64,000 nucleotides of DNA, taken from positions 17,204,563 to 17,268,562 of the forward strand of contig OZ316894.1 of the NCBI GenBank assembly GCA_973895155.1, read 5' to 3'. Made by a program: the position numbers and the translations under genes. The notes under the pieces are model-generated. The model was given only the letters and a program-made list of their open reading frames with translations. It searched no databases and was not told the DNA's origin. The stretch is from Marsupella aquatica. Lineage: Eukaryota > Plantae > Marchantiophyta. Of the stretch, positions 1-13,732 are shown in pieces. Within the stretch, counting starts at the first letter, position 1; every line of letters starts with the position of its first letter.

Positions 1-169
1 CTGGATTGTATCTCTTGATAATGTCTACGTCAAATTTGAATAGTTTTTGCCCCATATTACTATTTCTAAGTAAAATCAGTATCTTATGAATTGTGTCCAA
101 TACAGAACAGCAAACATGACGTATAGCTATTGTCTGAGCAATGGTCTTCCATTTTCGTGTCTTTTGCAG

Positions 170-1381
170 TTCTTTAGAATTATTTACTGGCAATTGAAGC
201 AGAGTCTGCAGCTTGAGGACAAATCAAATAATCCAACTCCTGCTGCAAATGATCTACTTCTTGATGATGGTTGGCTGTTGGAAGACAATTTCTTAAGGCT
301 GCTGTTCAAGGTTGGCTCTCATTTTGGTTTATTTTCATGTGTCGTACTTCTACTTGTTTAGGCTCGAATGCGGGCGATTTGCGTTGAGACCGAAAGATTT
401 CTAATTTTTTAATATCACCAAAGGTTTAACAGTGGAGGCCACGTTATCCACGGATCAGAGGGGTGGAATTTCTCTGTTGTGGGTTACTTCCAAAAGTTGG
501 GTGAAGGGGTCATCGATGGAGGGATAACCTCTTGCCTCCTGATAAATCTAGACGAGAAATTTATGGACGGAATAATTGTGGAAGTTAGTATACGGGTATT
601 GGTTGTACTTGTTTTTGTTCTTGTGCATATGACTATCAACAGGAGACGAATGTTTATTTGACTAGATTTCCAAGTGGTCACCCACATTTTCGTCAAACGT
701 TGCTTGATGCGTGCTATTTTCTATCATGAAAAACCTGACAAGTTTGCAACTTTGTGCTTTGTTGTGGGGTCTCGTGTGTATACGAAGACGTCTTGATTCC
801 CTCTCAATGGTTGGTTTCTGCAGGAGTTTTTTTCTATGCTGAGGGATGCTTCCCCAGTTGACGGAGAACTTCTACAACAGGTAGAAGCCATTATCCCGTC
901 CGTAAATTTTATTTCATAAACCTTACATGAACCTCACAAGCGATTAAAATTTCGTGAATCTGCATGTAAGGTTCATATTCTGCCAAATCTTCATATCTGA
1001 CAACAATTTTCTGTGTTCCCCAGGCAAACCGTTTAAGGAAATTGGTCGAGAAAACCCTGGGATGGATTTTTGATGTCGACGATGGCGGTAGTGAAGAAGA
1101 TGATGAGGTTTGTATTCTGTTTTTGAGATGAATTCTTAATTCCTTCATCCTGACAGCAAATTAATAATTACCCAAGCTAAGACTCATAGACCGAGGCTTC
1201 CGCCTATTGTCAAGATTATGCTCCTCCATCCATATAAAATCTTGTTTGAAACCTTTTTTAGCGAAATGCTTTGCATAGGACTTACCTTTTTCCTCGTATC
1301 GGCTCCTAAAATCTACTTTGTTCTGGATGGCAGTATGCTCCAGTTGTTGTAGACCAGGAAGACTTGATGAGGGGTAACTGA
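170..1381 (+). CDS. AAR2: AAR2 (U5 snRNP assembly factor), last four coding exons; 5' part lies upstream of the window
   Basis: Exons 170-310, 824-880, 1024-1107 and 1334-1381 are all phase 0 with AG/GT borders. Spliced peptide FFRIIYWQLK..LLDDGWLLEDNFLRLLFK|EFFSMLRDASPVDGELLQQ|ANRLRKLVEKTLGWIFD..EEDDE|YAPVVVDQEDLMRGN* matches the AAR2 C-terminus (DNFL..W.F..EEDDEYAPVV). Confidence 0.9.
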
Positions 1382-3411
1382 TGTTGCCTCTGCTAGTCAG
1401 AGTCTATTATCCATCAGACTCGTTGCCTGATCAGCCAGGTACAGTTTAGACCCCACTGGAAATGCTTGCACGAAGCTGCCAACTCCAACAAAGCTTTGAA
1501 TGCTAATGCCTTTCAAAATTTTCCTTGGTGGAAATGTTGGTCCTTGTGCTTTTGCTGAACTACCACTAATAAAATAGAGTTGAGCTCCTCTGTAAATAAG
1601 TTCGAACTGAGGACAGGGTTTGGTAATTTATCAAGTACAGAGACTTCTAGTGGAGTTTCCTTGTGCCTGAGTTTGTCTATATTACAAGTGTCAACAATTT
1701 TTGCGTAGCCGATAATTATATCTGGCTAGGACCATGGAAGGGTTGAAGTGGACAGAGCTTATGAGCTTCATATTGGACAGAATTATATGTTTCACAGTTA
1801 CAGTGTTTCTATAGCTGTTGTTTTACTTTTGAACTAGCTTGTCAAATCAGTTCATCGTTTCTGACTAGTTCATTTTCCCGTTTGTGATCCTAAATATTTC
1901 AACCTAGAACACACGATATACAAATTGCGACATGTGTATGGAATCGTTCAGTTCAGGGTGCCATCAATATTAGAGGTTAAGCTCATCTTGTTAGATTTGA
2001 GACGGATACTGTGTATGTGTACAGATTCAAGTTTGACGGATGTATGATGAACTCCGCATGTAAAGATATATAACAAAAATGTACTTCTCCGACCAGCCGC
2101 CCTTACTGGCAATCCAAATTACTCGTGCAAGCAAGAGAACTGAATTCATTCCAAATCCATCCACGAGAGGGCTGCGCCTTGCTCTTTTGTTGAAGTGATG
2201 CCCACTTGGGCCTAACTGCACTCAGTGTTTTGGGTTTGTTTGCACTGTTTTTTGTGACAAGACAATATTTTTATTTGCAGCTATACGAACACCTACACTA
2301 GGTTGTAATTGTCAATCACTTCTTTGAATGCCTTGTATAAATCGCCAGTTGTCAATGAATTTTCGATGTACACTCCATGAAACAAATTGTCATCTCACTG
2401 CAATATATACAATGCATCAACTTGTACTAAGGCGGGGATTGCACAATTGGCGAAATGCCAGAAAACGTGCAAACCCTACCCAAATCATATGCAAAACCCC
2501 TCGAGAATCACCAAAATCCGCAATGACAGCCCTTCAAAACAGAAAATAAAAGTTCACAACAATCAATTGAGACTATACCAATATCATCGGTTATCTGGCA
2601 AGTCAGTCTCAATTGATTTTCTGACCCCCTGTTGAATTACAAAGAGTACTTTGTCCAGTTCTGTACCAAGCAATGTATTTGTTTTGCTGTTACGACGGTG
2701 CTTGACCTGGGTCTGCAGGAAACTGGCTAGTATAAAGTAGCAATACATATTCGTTGATGGATATTGGTGTCACATATCTATTTCTACATAATAGTTGGAG
2801 AGGTTGTAGGATATACATTCTTTGAAATGTTTTAATCTGGTTTTTTGGGGAAGCTTGCACTTGGTTCAAGTTCAAGCTCAAGAGCAAGGATTTCCCCCAA
2901 CTTCAACATAAGTTTCTGAGATTAGTGGATAGCCTCCAATTAAAGAGTGAATTGTGATGGGATGCATCAGTTTGCTTCAATAGTGGAGTGAGATTGTTGA
3001 TCTTCCCACAAAAGTGAATTAACTAGTACAGTGATCATGAACTTAATGTTTTATAGAGACATATTCACCCCAAAGATAAAAACGACTTTTATGATCAAGC
3101 AATTGACTCTTGTTATACGGTTCACCGTGAGTTTGTAGACATCCACAGCATTTTGCTTTCAGCTAGTAGTTCAAATTCTTAGTCTGTTTATCTAGATTCA
3201 TCAGAACCTATAGCAAATGAATCTCCTATTTGTTTATATTGAAACAGGTAGCTAACTCATAAATTTCTTTCACGTACACAACTCTTGCGGAATTGCTGGT
3301 GTATGAACATACACAAGTCATTAAAAGGAGCATCGCTTAATTCAATGTCTTCTCGTATACAAGGATCTGCAATTGTTGGCAAAATGGAAGCAACAGAAAC
3401 ACCCACAAGTG

Positions 3412-6400
3412 TCATGACCAAAATGACATTCTAAAGTTTGGAATAAAATCAGGCATTCGAGTGAGAATACCCCGAAAGTCATGATACCCCACACCATAGC
3501 CATCAGGATCAACCTCCTTCAAAACTTCAGTTACAATGCCATCTAATTCATTGTCTTCCAGCCCAGCTGCTGATGGGACTCGAGAAAGCATTTTAAGGGT
3601 AGGCGCAATTGCAACTCCAGAGCAGGTGATTAGATTCAAACCATGCCTTATATCACCTGTGAGAAAACAACCTATGTGACCAACTCTGGCAGATTTACTT
3701 TGCGTTGGCTATACATTAAATTTGGGAACAAAAGGTTGTATACTATCTAGACGAGCACAAGCATTGTTGGTTGTGGGAACAAGCAAACAAATTGATCAAG
3801 AGTCTTTGAAAGGCATCATTCAAGGGTTATTTATCATGATTTGAAATTGTAAATTGTACTGCTACTTGGAAGGAAATAATTTTTCTACATTTTCAAATAC
3901 TGACCATGTGAGAATACCCATATTTGTCTAAAGTCAGTATCAGTAAAATGCCTAGCATGACAATCACAGTACTGGAACGTGGATAACTTAAGCATCAAAA
4001 TGTTACAGACTTTCCAAAAGAAGCTAGATAAAGTTTGTAATGGACAATCCCTCCTCTCGGTGATAATGATTAGATTGACGTTTAGGGGCCAAGCTCATGG
4101 GGTCAATTACAATAAAACAGTGGACCCCATGTGCCATCCAAATAGGTATTTTCATTATATATTCCATAATATTTTGAGAAAGGTTTTCTAAAGTATAGAA
4201 ACTAAAAATGGTGTATACAATAAGAATTAATGTATTTTTGCCTCTCATAAAATAAAATATATCATTTAAAATTCAAATATGAAGTAAACCCTGTTTTAAA
4301 AATACGGGTACTCGTTAGGTCATATAAGATACCCTGTAAAATTCACTACGTGAACCACCCCTCTTGCTATCTTGTTTTCTTATCAGCTCAGATCTGTGGA
4401 CTCTGCACTAATTCAGATGGAAACACCGGTACTACTAGACTCAATTGGAAATTTAATATTTATTTTCAAGAGACGACACAAATAGCCACAAAGATTGAAT
4501 TTGTTTTTTCGTCAAAAAGAATTATTCTTTATATTAAGCAAAGAACTCGTCTTCCCATATTTTACTACCATTAATACTCAATAACCCATTGGATAACTTA
4601 CCCCTATATACGCTACTAAGATTGTTTGGATATCCTCGCGTTTTGGGGAGTTGAGAATGGGCACCCTTTGGACTACGTGGGCCCCATTTGAGATTTGACT
4701 GAAGACTTGAACAACTATCATGTTGTATTAGGTGGCACACGAAGAAAAAGTCACATGTCCAAATTTACAGCACGTATGCCACTTCTTTTTTCCCAAGGTA
4801 ACAATTTTTGACCTTAGACAAAACAAGTCATAGTGGCGTTGGAGGATTTATATATAGGTAAAGGTTTACTATCACCAGGTCTTACTATAAGCTTTAGTTT
4901 TGACTATGGTAAAATCAGGTTTAACACTATGACTAAGATTACAGTCCTAGTTTGATCTGAAGTACTTAACTATAGTCCTTAGTGCTACTTTGTCTAGGAA
5001 TTAAGGTAATGATAATCCCTAACTGTACCATAGTATGTGTGGGCTCAAACATCTTTTTGACTTGGCAATCACGCAAACTATGGTAAAATAACCATGAAAA
5101 GATAAACACCCGGCTAGATGGTGACTCTACTCCTTTGCCAAGAGGGTAATGTAGAGAATTCATCACAGGTTAGCCTTGGTGCTCGCCTTGGTGTACCATG
5201 GGTCTATTGACATGATATTGAAGGGGGCTTTACAAGATGTTGGGGCCTACTGTCTTCTTTTTGTTCCCTTTGAGATAACATGAGTGGAAACGGCTGCAGT
5301 GGGTTTAGCAAGAACTTGGAGCTTTGTCATGTATGGTGTCTACCAATTTTACATGGCAAGGGCGGGCCCAAGTGTATGCTGATGGAGAATGCTTATTTTG
5401 TCTAGAATTTTAGACCACCTCTAGAGGTGGTCAAAAGGTTGCGTGAGAAGTTAAAGACTCTTCAGGATCTAGACCTAAAGTACATCAACGTTTTTACCAG
5501 TCATTATTATTATTTTGTTAGATTTTCAAAGTTAACTTGCAAATACTGTAGTTATTTGAAACACTTTCAGAAATTTATGACCAGGTCTCCATCAAAATTT
5601 CTTAGAACACTTAAAATTAAAATCTCATAAACAAAGATATTTCCACTGGTGAGGAATATTATATTGTAAGTTTAATAGGGATATACTACTCTTGTTCTGG
5701 AAATGTTTTCTCAAGATTCCACAATTGGGCCCTTGAAATCTGTTTACTCGTCCTTCATTTACCAGAACTAGAGATTATTGCACACCAAGGGACAACTCAC
5801 AGGTAAGAGGCAATAAGCGTGGTTTATAGCTGAGAATTAACAGGAATTGTTACCTGGGCCAATGAGATCATCACCATCAAAGTCCCAGATAGCGAACGCC
5901 CAAACCATCTTAACTTCTGGCCGAGTGTGGACAGAAAACACTGACATCATATTTAAAAAGTTCTCAAAAGAGAGAACTCCTGATCCATCCTCACTGAATA
6001 ATTCACATATCCTAGATGCAAAAGGGTTGGCCCGCATCTGCTCTACTTGAAGCAATTCATCATGTGTAATTTTGTCCAAACCATGTTGGCTTAGTTCCTG
6101 CAACAGCACAATATTCAAAAAGATTATGTAATGTATAATGTATGCCTGGAGGGCTGTGAATTTCTCAATGCTTGATCAACCATCATTATATGACCTGATG
6201 AATGACTGGAACAAAATGGCATTGTATGAATATGTTTGCTAGATCTAATTTATAACTTGGTTATAAATGCAAGCATATAGACTCGCAAGGTTCAATCCAT
6301 GCTCAGCCACAAGAATCCACTGATTTCCTTAATATTAATCTTATCAATAAACCTATGAACACAAAGAAATTGGGGCAAGTGAGTTACATGGAATTTTGTG

Positions 6401-6570
6401 TGCATTCTCAATATTTCTTTCTTTGTGAAGGGACTATGGTCAGCATAGATTTGTAGAGTTCCAGGAGATAGCTCAAATGTTGTTTTCTTTGAAGTGCTTG
6501 GAGGATCTTCTCTGTTGGTCTCTGGAGGAATGGGAGATCCTGGTTGTGAATCAGAAGTAACCTCACTCAT
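3412..6570 (-). CDS. CIB (calcium- and integrin-binding)/calcineurin B-like EF-hand protein, 3 exons, 223 aa
   Basis: Exons 6570-6388, 6097-5854 and 3656-3412 splice in frame (672 nt). Motifs FTKKEILRMH, NPFASRICELFSEDGSGVLSFENFLNMMSVFS, KMVWAFAIWDFDGDDLIG, VLKEVDPDGYG and RMPDFIPNFRM are typical of the CIB family. Confidence 0.85.
5225..5440. repeat. Dispersed repeat copy with terminal palindrome (homologous to 45750-45980)
   Basis: Shared colinear blocks CTTTACAAG..CCTTTGAGAT..GGCTGCAGT..GGGCCCAA..ATGCTGATGGAGA..GAGGTGGTCAAAA; perfect palindrome GACCACCTCTAGAGGTGGTC at 5413-5432. Confidence 0.6.
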
Positions 6571-9070
6571 CTTGTCTTGTCAACAGATTGGACTACTGTG
6601 AATTCAGCCTCCCCTCTGCAAATTATGATACAAGTGTGGTCAATCTCTATTTAATTCTGGCATGAACCAGTATCATTCTATCCATGTCATTGGAAATGGT
6701 TTTCTGTTGTACTCCTTTTTTCGCAAAAATAGCACATCAACTGGATTGAGGAACCTAAACTGTCTTGCAAGTGTAGCACACCCTGCCCAAAACGGCCAAT
6801 ATATCACGCAACATGGCCAGGATGCCCCGGTAATGGCACCACATTCAAGAATTGTTTATCAGGCCATATTCACTTTCTCAAAAGATGAATTAGAGAGATT
6901 TTGACATTAAAACGAGAACATCATCAATGACATCTATAATAAGGTTTTAAGAACATTCACTAGATTTCACGGGGGGAAGTTTAGCAGCTAATGACCCAAG
7001 CAACCCTCCATTACCCAAGGTTTCAAAAGTTGGATGTTGCAAGACAGGAGAATTATATTTTTACCTAAGACTTCTATTTTTATCCATATATATAGTAAGT
7101 CCAATTTTTTAATATTACTAGTTAACACCAAGGCATGGACCAACCAAGAATTTAACGTTCGACCAATTAGCTATTGATCAGACTCAGACTTCGACAAATC
7201 ATGCTCCTGTTGTAAGTAATTATTGGGTGCTCATTTCAATAATAGTCATTCCAATGTGCCGACTCATTTCGTGATATTCTTAGTAACTAGATTGTCATCT
7301 TCGTGTTGGACTACTTGGTTGTTGTTTGGTGTTAGTGTTTGTTTCTTACTTGTTGTGGAAACTATCTTTAATTCTCAGTCTGACTATTGTCACATAATTA
7401 TGACAGAGTTGTCCTGAAGCTGTTTTCCCCTAGCAGCATTTTGATTCTTCCGTTGTCACCAGAAAAAAATTGTTTCTAGAAGGATGAAGGAGAGGCTTCA
7501 TACCGAGATGCCACATTGGAGATTCCAGCCTACACACCAATTATATGATTTTAGCTGAGTTGCAAATACACGTCTAACTCCATTCATGTTAAAATAATGG
7601 TGAAGAGCGAGATTTACCCATGTGGAAATATTGAGAAATACAAAAAGTTCGAATTAGTGTCTTGGCAGTGTCATCAACTTATTCGAGGGCAATCATGAGG
7701 CTTTATTTTTTAATTATAATTTCTTCATTCTTTGACAAGAATCATGCATCATGAATTGACCTAATTGTTTAAATTTCTAAAGAGTGCTTTTATAAGCTCG
7801 TGTGATCGATTCAATCACATGGGCTATGTTTTCGCTCACGTTCCTTCCATTTTCCTTTCAGTAACATTGTTCAAGTCCTACCTACAATGTTACTGAAAAC
7901 TTGAGAGGTTTTGGTGCCTTAAACAAAAGCATTTGAAGCCTACTAATCCATGCCTTGTAAGGTTTTGGCTGGGTCCTCTATCCTGTTGTGACCCTTGGCC
8001 TGGCTCAAATGAATTCTGAATTAATTTTCAAGATCAGCTTCTAATACTAGAATTCACCAAATTCTGTACATAATTCATTTTTTAAAATATATCCTTGCCT
8101 TGGGAAGTGTGAGCTCAAGAGCCATGATGGAAGTTCACATGAAATGTTCAATCATCTTCCCAACCCTTTTGATATGCATGGTTGAGATGGACAGCTTGAA
8201 TAGAGTCCCAACAGTACCTTTCATCGACCATTGAATGTGTGAGTGGGACCTTACTCACCAGCAACTGCAATGAAATCTTAATACTAAAGCTGGTGAAGGG
8301 CATCCATTGACTGCCAAAGAAAAACCCTAAGTAAAATATGCCAATTGATAGTGCCATCTATAAATGGCAATTTATGGGCTCACTACAATTAATCAGTGTG
8401 AGTCAATGTTTGTAGATGCGCATTACACCGTCCAGTTAGGAAAAACACACTTGAGCTCTCAAGAACAGGCAATTGAGACCACGAATTGTAATGTACATCT
8501 TTATATGTGAGATGAATATCCCTCCACACAAGACCAAACATTCCTTGACATGATATAATTAAAGTTCAGGAGGATGTGAAATAAGATGCACTTTTTGAGC
8601 TTTGTACAGAAAAGGAGGATTTCATCAACTGAGCCGGGCAACTGAGGGAATTGCGTTAGCACTTTCCTTATCTCTTTGTTTGCATTATTCTATTGGCTTC
8701 ATTGTTTAGTGGGTCAGAAACTAACCTCCTTGACTATTTAGTCTAAGGTGTGGACTTTTGATATGTCCCTCCGGACTGTCTTATTCTTAGATTTTTAGTA
8801 TCTTTATTGATTTTTGAAATGAGAACAGATTTGACCCTCTTATTCTTGTCCAAGGAAAATCTATGGACATTACAATCCCTAGTACAAGGTTCGGTAAAAG
8901 ACAAAACTTCTATGTGTTCCATGACAACCTTGAACATTACACTAACTGTTAATACATGGTGCCTGGATGGAATACAATCATCAAGTTCTTGGAATCCAGT
9001 TGGATGTAAGCTCGTGTCCTTAAATCTTTGTCCAATCTTCTGCATATTTTTTCCCACTCCAAAATCAATT

Positions 9071-9916
9071 CTACCGCATTTTGACTCTTGACATTTGATG
9101 GAGAGCACTTTTAAGAGCTTTTGGATTGGCCCACTCAGAGTTGTTGTAAGCATCATCTTCATCCAATTGCAATTTCTTTTGCTCTTCCTGCTTCTTGTAG
9201 TACCATGCCATCATGGCTTTTTGAGTCTCTGCATCTACAGGTGGCTCCCTCGCTGGGGCACCACGCCCCGGTGAGGTGAGTTTCACTATCACCTTTGTCT
9301 TCTCGTTCTTGCCGACATGGTCAAACATTTTGTTCTCCCTTTTGAATTCCTTCCCTGCCCACCACATTGTGGCAGTATCTGGATCCATAGCATCTTGACC
9401 GGTGTAGGCACCTGCTAGCTCTTGGTGAACTGGGTCATAGTCAGGTAAACCCATTGGATAACATATTGTCACTGCACCCCGAACATTCGCAATAGCCTCC
9501 TTTAGCATGGCCTTAGTGAGTGGAACTTTATATAGTACTTGTGCCTTTGAAGTGCATGTTTCTGCCTCCAACAAAGCTTGAGTAAGCTTTTTTGCTAATT
9601 CTGGATCACAAGCTTCCCCTGTGCGCTTGTATGATGGATCTCGATTGTAAAATGGGCCCCGTTGCTTGACAGAAAGGGAGCACTGGGCAGCCTCTTTATC
9701 ATCATCCTCCTCACTATCATCATCCATGTTGCGCTTGGGATCCTTGTATGGACCATGGAGAGCCAATTGATCACCCTCTTCCTTCAAGTGTGCAATCTTC
9801 AGCTGCAGGTTGTGCACTATGACAATGTCTCGAATGACCAAGTCCACATAGTCCCCTGCTTGACACTCATACAAAAACTGCTGATCCTCACTCTGCTTCA
9901 CATGTAGCAAAACCAT
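9071..9916 (-). CDS. CFAP298: Cilia- and flagella-associated protein 298 (C21orf59/FBB18 homolog), intronless CDS, 281 aa
   Basis: Motifs MVLLHVK..QFLYE, DPSYKRTGEAC, GAVTICYPMGLPDYDPV, WWAGKEF, GKNEKTKVIVKL, GAPAREPPVD, MMAWYYKKQEE and YNNSEWANPKALK are diagnostic of the family. Confidence 0.95.
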   Translation of the reverse strand: MVLLHVKQSEDQQFLYECQAGDYVDLVIRDIVIVHNLQLKIAHLKEEGDQLALHGPYKDPKRNMDDDSEEDDDKEAAQCSLSVKQRGPFYNRDPSYKRTGEACDPELAKKLTQALLEAETCTSKAQVLYKVPLTKAMLKEAIANVRGAVTICYPMGLPDYDPVHQELAGAYTGQDAMDPDTATMWWAGKEFKRENKMFDHVGKNEKTKVIVKLTSPGRGAPAREPPVDAETQKAMMAWYYKKQEEQKKLQLDEDDAYNNSEWANPKALKSALHQMSRVKMR

Positions 9917-12454
9917 TTTACCCCACAGCCACTTCTTCTGACTTCAGTTTTTGAATCAAGTCAACCTCAAATTCAACTAATCATCTAAAGCTTTCAATCC
10001 AATCTCTCCTTTGATTCACTTACTAATATTGTTAGAGTGCCCTTTCTTGTCAACCTACTCATAATCTATTTCCATACCTGTGTAATATCTACAAATCACC
10101 TTTGAGACAAACCCTTCCAGCAAGGGACGTGGTGTACACAATTTAGGGATTCAAAGTATCTAGGGATTTCTGCATGACTTTTATTCGATTCTGACCTATT
10201 CTTCAAAATCTACATTTGACAGACTGCATGCGCAGTACAACTATAAATTTACAAATTCCAGCCAGGTCAACCAGTTTGATCTCTCATAGGGGTTCTCTTT
10301 CACAAACCCTTAATAGTCCCTTCACAAAACTTTCTTTGCTTCCAACAGTTTAGAATAGAGGAGAGTCTATCCTAATGGCACCTGGATGCCTCCAAAGCTG
10401 TTCCAGCTCCTCTAACTCTCAAGCCCTCTATTGTGTATCATCTGTCTTTTGATCCTCAGAACGTCTCATAAGAGATTATTGAGCACTTATTTAATGCTTG
10501 TTTTCTGTTTTACAAAAACCTCTAGGTTGCAACACCAAACTGTCAATATTGCTTTGAATTGAATCTGTGGCAGATTGACCTGCCAATACTGAATTCAGTT
10601 GGGCTGTGGACCTGAGGATTAGAAGTTGAGACACCTGATGAGAGACTGACCAAGAAGGTTGCCACTGATTGATTCTCAAAGTCATCCTAGCTTGTAAACT
10701 TTAATGACACAATGCTATAGTAATTGTAACACTTATTAGTGCCCTGAACAGTGCTGTCAAAAATATCTGAAAATGTATACTTCTCTAAAACTTTGGAATC
10801 ACATGGATAGCTTTTGATGGCTGTTGCCCTTCAGTTATGCAATAGAGTGCATGGGAGGAGATTGCAGCCATTCCTTTCTTGACAAATCCAGAGGAATGCT
10901 TGGGAGGAATCCAGAGGAATGCTCGGGAGGAGCCAAGGGCTCCTGGTAACAGCAATGAGTGCTCGTTTAGGACAAAAGTCATTTTTTCCTAGAAGGCCCA
11001 TCTTTCACTTTTGAATACAACACCCACAAGTTGTATCTGTTAGAAGACTGTACGTAGACATGAACTAATGCTGGGCACCATCAAAATTATTAGAAATAAA
11101 ATAGGATGAAGGAGAACCACCACTGTCCTCTTGTGCAAGGAACCAAGTGCAATACCAAGAACAAGTCTTGCACTAAATTTTAACAGCCAAACCATGTCCT
11201 AATTCGACACAGTTTACTACCATCCCAAATATCCTCTTGCCATCTCGGTTTGCCCACGGAATACCACAATATATCAATTGCCTTTCATTCCATGAATCAG
11301 TTTGTGGACCTCTGCTTTAATACTCTCAAGTTGTTGGACTTCATTTTCCGGGCATGGCTCAAGTACTACCCTCGTCTCACCAAGGATGTAATCCGAATAT
11401 ACCTCTTTTGTACCTTGTTAGGCAGGCCTCAATGTTATCTGTTGGCACTAAGCCAAACATTTCCAAAAACCAGTCAGCTCACAGTCTAGCTCAGGAATTG
11501 CTTTGACAGGCAAGAGGCTTGGTCTAACAATAGTGGTGTTGATCACTCGTTTTTGTGTTGGCCCATTGTCAGCAAAATATTGAACAAGAAAATTACATAC
11601 CATGTTCATTAAACCTGAACTTGCAACCCCTAAATATTCTTTCCCCTCCTGCCCACCCTAACCTTCCACCCATACTCTTTTATTGTCCCCAATTCTTTCT
11701 CACCTTTTTTTGTTTGTTTGTTGATTCCCTTCAATCTCTTCCATCTGATTGGCTTGATGAGGGTCATGACTTTTTTATAGGATTTTCTTTCAAACTTGTT
11801 CAGTAAGTAGGTCCTGAAGCTAGGTAGCAACATTAAAACTTCCAGCCCAAACAGGCTAGAGACTACAATATTATGGCTAAAAGACTCTTTTGATGAATCT
11901 TAGGATGCTGACATACCCCAAGAGTAGAGAAACAACATCATGAAAACCTTAAAAGAACAACTGACTAATTTAAAGGACCTTGAGCTTCTAGTGTGCATTG
12001 TCACTGTTAATTATCAACATTTGATCTCACCTGTTAATCTAAGAAATCAGACAAAACGTGTATTTTCTTGTGACTGTTGTGCACTTTTGTCCACTGTCTT
12101 CTTTGTTAGAAGATGATTGATTAAAAGTGTGAATCAATCAGATCGAACAACTAGAGGTTAGACATTTGTTAAGCAAATGAATTAAATATAAAGAAACTAT
12201 CTAATATAAGTCTGAAAGTAAATAAAAAGGTTACAAGATGTTACTTTTTTGCCTCCACTCTTTGTTTTTGGCATGTTGATTCTCAATTCTCTTAAGTTTT
12301 AACCGCTTCTGGGCCTAGTTTTCTGGAGTTGCGACAAACATGAGCAGTCATGTTCATTTGCCACCGCAAACATTGTCATTTGCATTTGCGGCGGAGACGG
12401 TTGACATGACACAATTATAGACCATAAAGTTTTCAAAAAGCTTGTCATGGGGTC

Positions 12455-12620
12455 TGTAAAGATCACACTGCTAAATATTATTCTCCCTGTTGATTTTTTT
12501 TCAATTTCAAAAATAACATATACACTGAAAAGAAAAATTCAGTGTTTACATCAAGATACTTAGAACATTCTTAAAATTTACATGACAAAATTCATTCTTT
12601 AGACAAGCATTTTAAATTAT
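12455..12620. repeat. AT-rich dispersed repeat, homologous to 46650-46850 and 46955-47130
   Basis: Shared core TATTCTC..TACACTG..CTTAGAA(C/T)ATTCTTAAAATTTACA(T/A)GA(C/T)AAAATT; the third copy is more diverged. Confidence 0.55.
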
Positions 12621-13732
12621 TTTATCAGTCGCGTATATGAAAGTGAAGCCCGGATGGACCACCATGTTGGACACAATGCTCATGTACATGGATCATGTCC
12701 ATGCATGGGAGTTTTGGGCTTATAACTTGATGATTACGAATTTTAAAATAATTTTTAGTTTTTCACTTGCAAGACAACTGAAGAAGGAGGGGACATAAAA
12801 AAACACGAACCCTAATATTTCATATTAATACATTGAAAAAAATTTAATGGAACTTACCCCTCTGCATTCTCGGGGGTTTCACTTCCACAAAAATGGCATA
12901 TCATGTGCGACGAAGGATAGGGTCATTTTATTGGTTCTAAGGGAAGACTTAAGAATTTTTGTAGAAGAACAATAGGGTCTTTTAAATTCAATTTTGAGAC
13001 TTATAAGAACATTAGGGTCTTTTTAATCCAATTTTTAGAATATTCCAAGAATATTCCAACTTTATAGGGGTTAAAAAATAACTTTTTTTCTTACATTTTA
13101 GGGGGTCTGAGGCCTAAAAACGTCGCAGGCGATGGGGAGGTCCCCATATAGTGAGACCCCCGAGTCTGCATTCCATGATGAATAACTCAACCAATCTAGC
13201 CAAAAATTCAGTATCATGTTGATGAAAGTGTAAGTTCCTACTCCAGCACATACTCAAATCTATAAACATCAAATTATTACAATGAAATTCAAATTTTGAA
13301 ACTAAAGTCCGGATGGACCTCCACTTTGTGGGCAAAGCTTGGATGGACTTGCTCATGACATTTAAAATGACTCAAAAATCACTATTTACACTGTTGACTG
13401 AAATGTGACCTCTAAACTATATATCTCCTTACCGTTTGCAGCCAGTTTCAAGTACATTATCAATCCGGTATCCTGGGTAGCTTGACAACTTGACCATCTT
13501 GAACCTGAAAGACGGCAAGACACATCATGTCATTACTCAGGATCACCAACTGCGATCTGTGACCGGTTTTTCATCAACTTGATCAGTGACCGTTTCTTTA
13601 CGATGTAAAAATGTGGGGATGGACAGGGACAATATCTCATTCCATCCCCGCTTTTGGTTCTCAAGTTTTGGAAAATGTAGATGGAGGTTTCAAAAGACAT
13701 GGGAGCATCATTTTCCAAATATATTTATTTAT

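Noticed and set aside
1439-2024. Possible 3' UTR intron in AAR2 (potential NMD trigger)
   Set aside because: Only generic GT/AG signals; needs transcript data.
8743-9162. 139-aa ORF overlapping the CFAP298 3' end
   Set aside because: Alternative frame running into the 3' UTR with no homology signal.
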